A stretch of 64,000 bases of DNA, taken from the IMG/VR virus record IMGVR_UViG_3300027747_002460; one strand, 5' to 3'. The notes under the pieces were generated by a model. The model did not search any database, was not told the DNA's origin, and worked only from the letters and a program-made list of their open reading frames with translations. Position numbers and translations under genes: made by a program. This document shows positions 63,176-64,000 of the stretch, piece by piece (positions within the stretch are counted from its first letter, which is position 1; each line of letters opens with the position of its first letter). The DNA comes from a virus.

Positions 63176-63999
63176 CAGAGGCTAAATCCCTTGAAGCTGT
63201 CTGAGCCCACGTCCTGCTTGGTACCACCGCTCACATAGCTGCTGAGCTCCACTTCCTGAGGAGCAACCTGCACTTCTCCGCCAGCAATCCATTTCTGCGT
63301 CCATGGCAAAGGATTGGTACCTCCCTTGTACTTGCTGGGCAATCCCACGGCAGTCATGCGCTTGTTAGCGATCCATTCCACATAATCGCTGAGCAGCTGA
63401 TTGTTTAGGCCGATCATGCTGCCATCCTTGAACAGATAATCTGCCCAACGCTTCTCTTGATCCACAGCATCTTCAAACATCTTGATGGCTTCAGCTTGAA
63501 GCTCAACTTCAATCTTGGCATAGTCGGGATCATCCTTGGGTAGGATCTTCAGCAGCGTCTGTGTGCTGGCCAAGTGCAGATTCTCGTCACGTGCGATGAA
63601 CTTGATGATCTTGGCATTGCCTTCCATCTTCTTGACTTCAGCAAACGCCCAGCTGCAGGCAAAGCTCACGTAGAAGCGCACACCTTCGAGGATGTTCACG
63701 CTCATCATGCATAACCAGATCAGCTGCTTGTGGCGATAGACATCATAATCGCTGGCATTCACGGCCAGCTTGTTGTTCATGTCTATGAGCTCGTCATAAT
63801 ACTTACTGATATCACCTGCACAGTCAACGATCTCAGCGATGTCCATGAGTTCATCAAAGATCTTGCTGGGATTGCTGTAGACGTTGCGTATGATGTGAGT
63901 GTAGCTGCGGCTGTGTATGGTCTCAGAAAACGTCCAAGTGGTGATCCAGTTCTCCAGCTCGGGCAAGCTGCAGATTGGGCCAAAAGCCACGCTGGGTGC
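63175..63999 (-). CDS. nrdB: Ribonucleotide reductase class Ia beta subunit, 5' part outside window
   Basis: ETIHSRSYTHI (radical Tyr region), LEGVRFYVSF, IARDENLH, VAPQEVE; frame open to the window edge. Confidence 0.95.
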   Translation of the reverse strand, partial: APSVAFGPICSLPELENWITTWTFSETIHSRSYTHIIRNVYSNPSKIFDELMDIAEIVDCAGDISKYYDELIDMNNKLAVNASDYDVYRHKQLIWLCMMSVNILEGVRFYVSFACSWAFAEVKKMEGNAKIIKFIARDENLHLASTQTLLKILPKDDPDYAKIEVELQAEAIKMFEDAVDQEKRWADYLFKDGSMIGLNNQLLSDYVEWIANKRMTAVGLPSKYKGGTNPLPWTQKWIAGGEVQVAPQEVELSSYVSGGTKQDVGSDSFKGFSL

Positions 64000-64000
64000 G

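Noticed and set aside
1-64000. Genome-wide TAG reassignment (genetic code 15/16)
   Set aside because: Long genes (topoisomerases, PBP, RNA ligase, NrdB) are intact under code 11, and many genes end sensibly at TAG, including before terminators and at family-typical C-termini (23192, 43520, 53241, 20873).
1-64000. Bacterial chromosome or integrated prophage
   Set aside because: No housekeeping operons, rRNA, integrase or att site; the dense small ORFs, T4-type replication genes and late boxes indicate a large lytic-type phage.
51081-64000. Introns or inteins in topoisomerase or nrdB
   Set aside because: The ORFs are continuous and of expected length, with no homing endonuclease or intein motifs visible.

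Overview
This is a 64-kb internal segment of a large (jumbo) T4-like tailed phage genome, about 50-55% GC, densely coded and mostly on the minus strand. Core phage genes are the two type II topoisomerase subunits, NrdB (cut by the window end), glutaredoxin, RNA ligase 1 with end-healing enzymes, an AAA ATPase and a CHAP-domain protein. About ten sigma70-like early promoters (TTGACA-N13-TGCTA) and T4-late-like TAAATA boxes are visible. The host is very likely an alphaproteobacterium (Hyphomicrobiales): the window holds a circularly permuted two-piece tmRNA, an alpha-type tRNA-Ile2 and YccA, an ADLPxxK-type outer-membrane barrel and a rhizobial-type class A PBP. Accessory content is rich: ahpC-ahpD-nitroreductase, SufE, plcP-agt lipid remodelling, PBP1A, FliL, RimK-like ligase, ATE/Bpt-like transferase, amidinotransferase, a sodium:solute symporter operon, and a large family of small paralogues ending in F-x-L-R-W. 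Top candidate novelties are (1) a non-canonical amber (CUA) tRNA on the same strand about 460 nt upstream of a gene with a strong RBS and TAG at codon 3, while TAG otherwise acts as an ordinary stop, (2) a long-variable-arm UAU tRNA, (3) phage-borne plcP-agt, (4) a permuted tmRNA under a perfect T4 late box and (5) an intact PBP1A inside a translationally coupled paralogue array. All family assignments come from motif recognition by eye; no database search was run.
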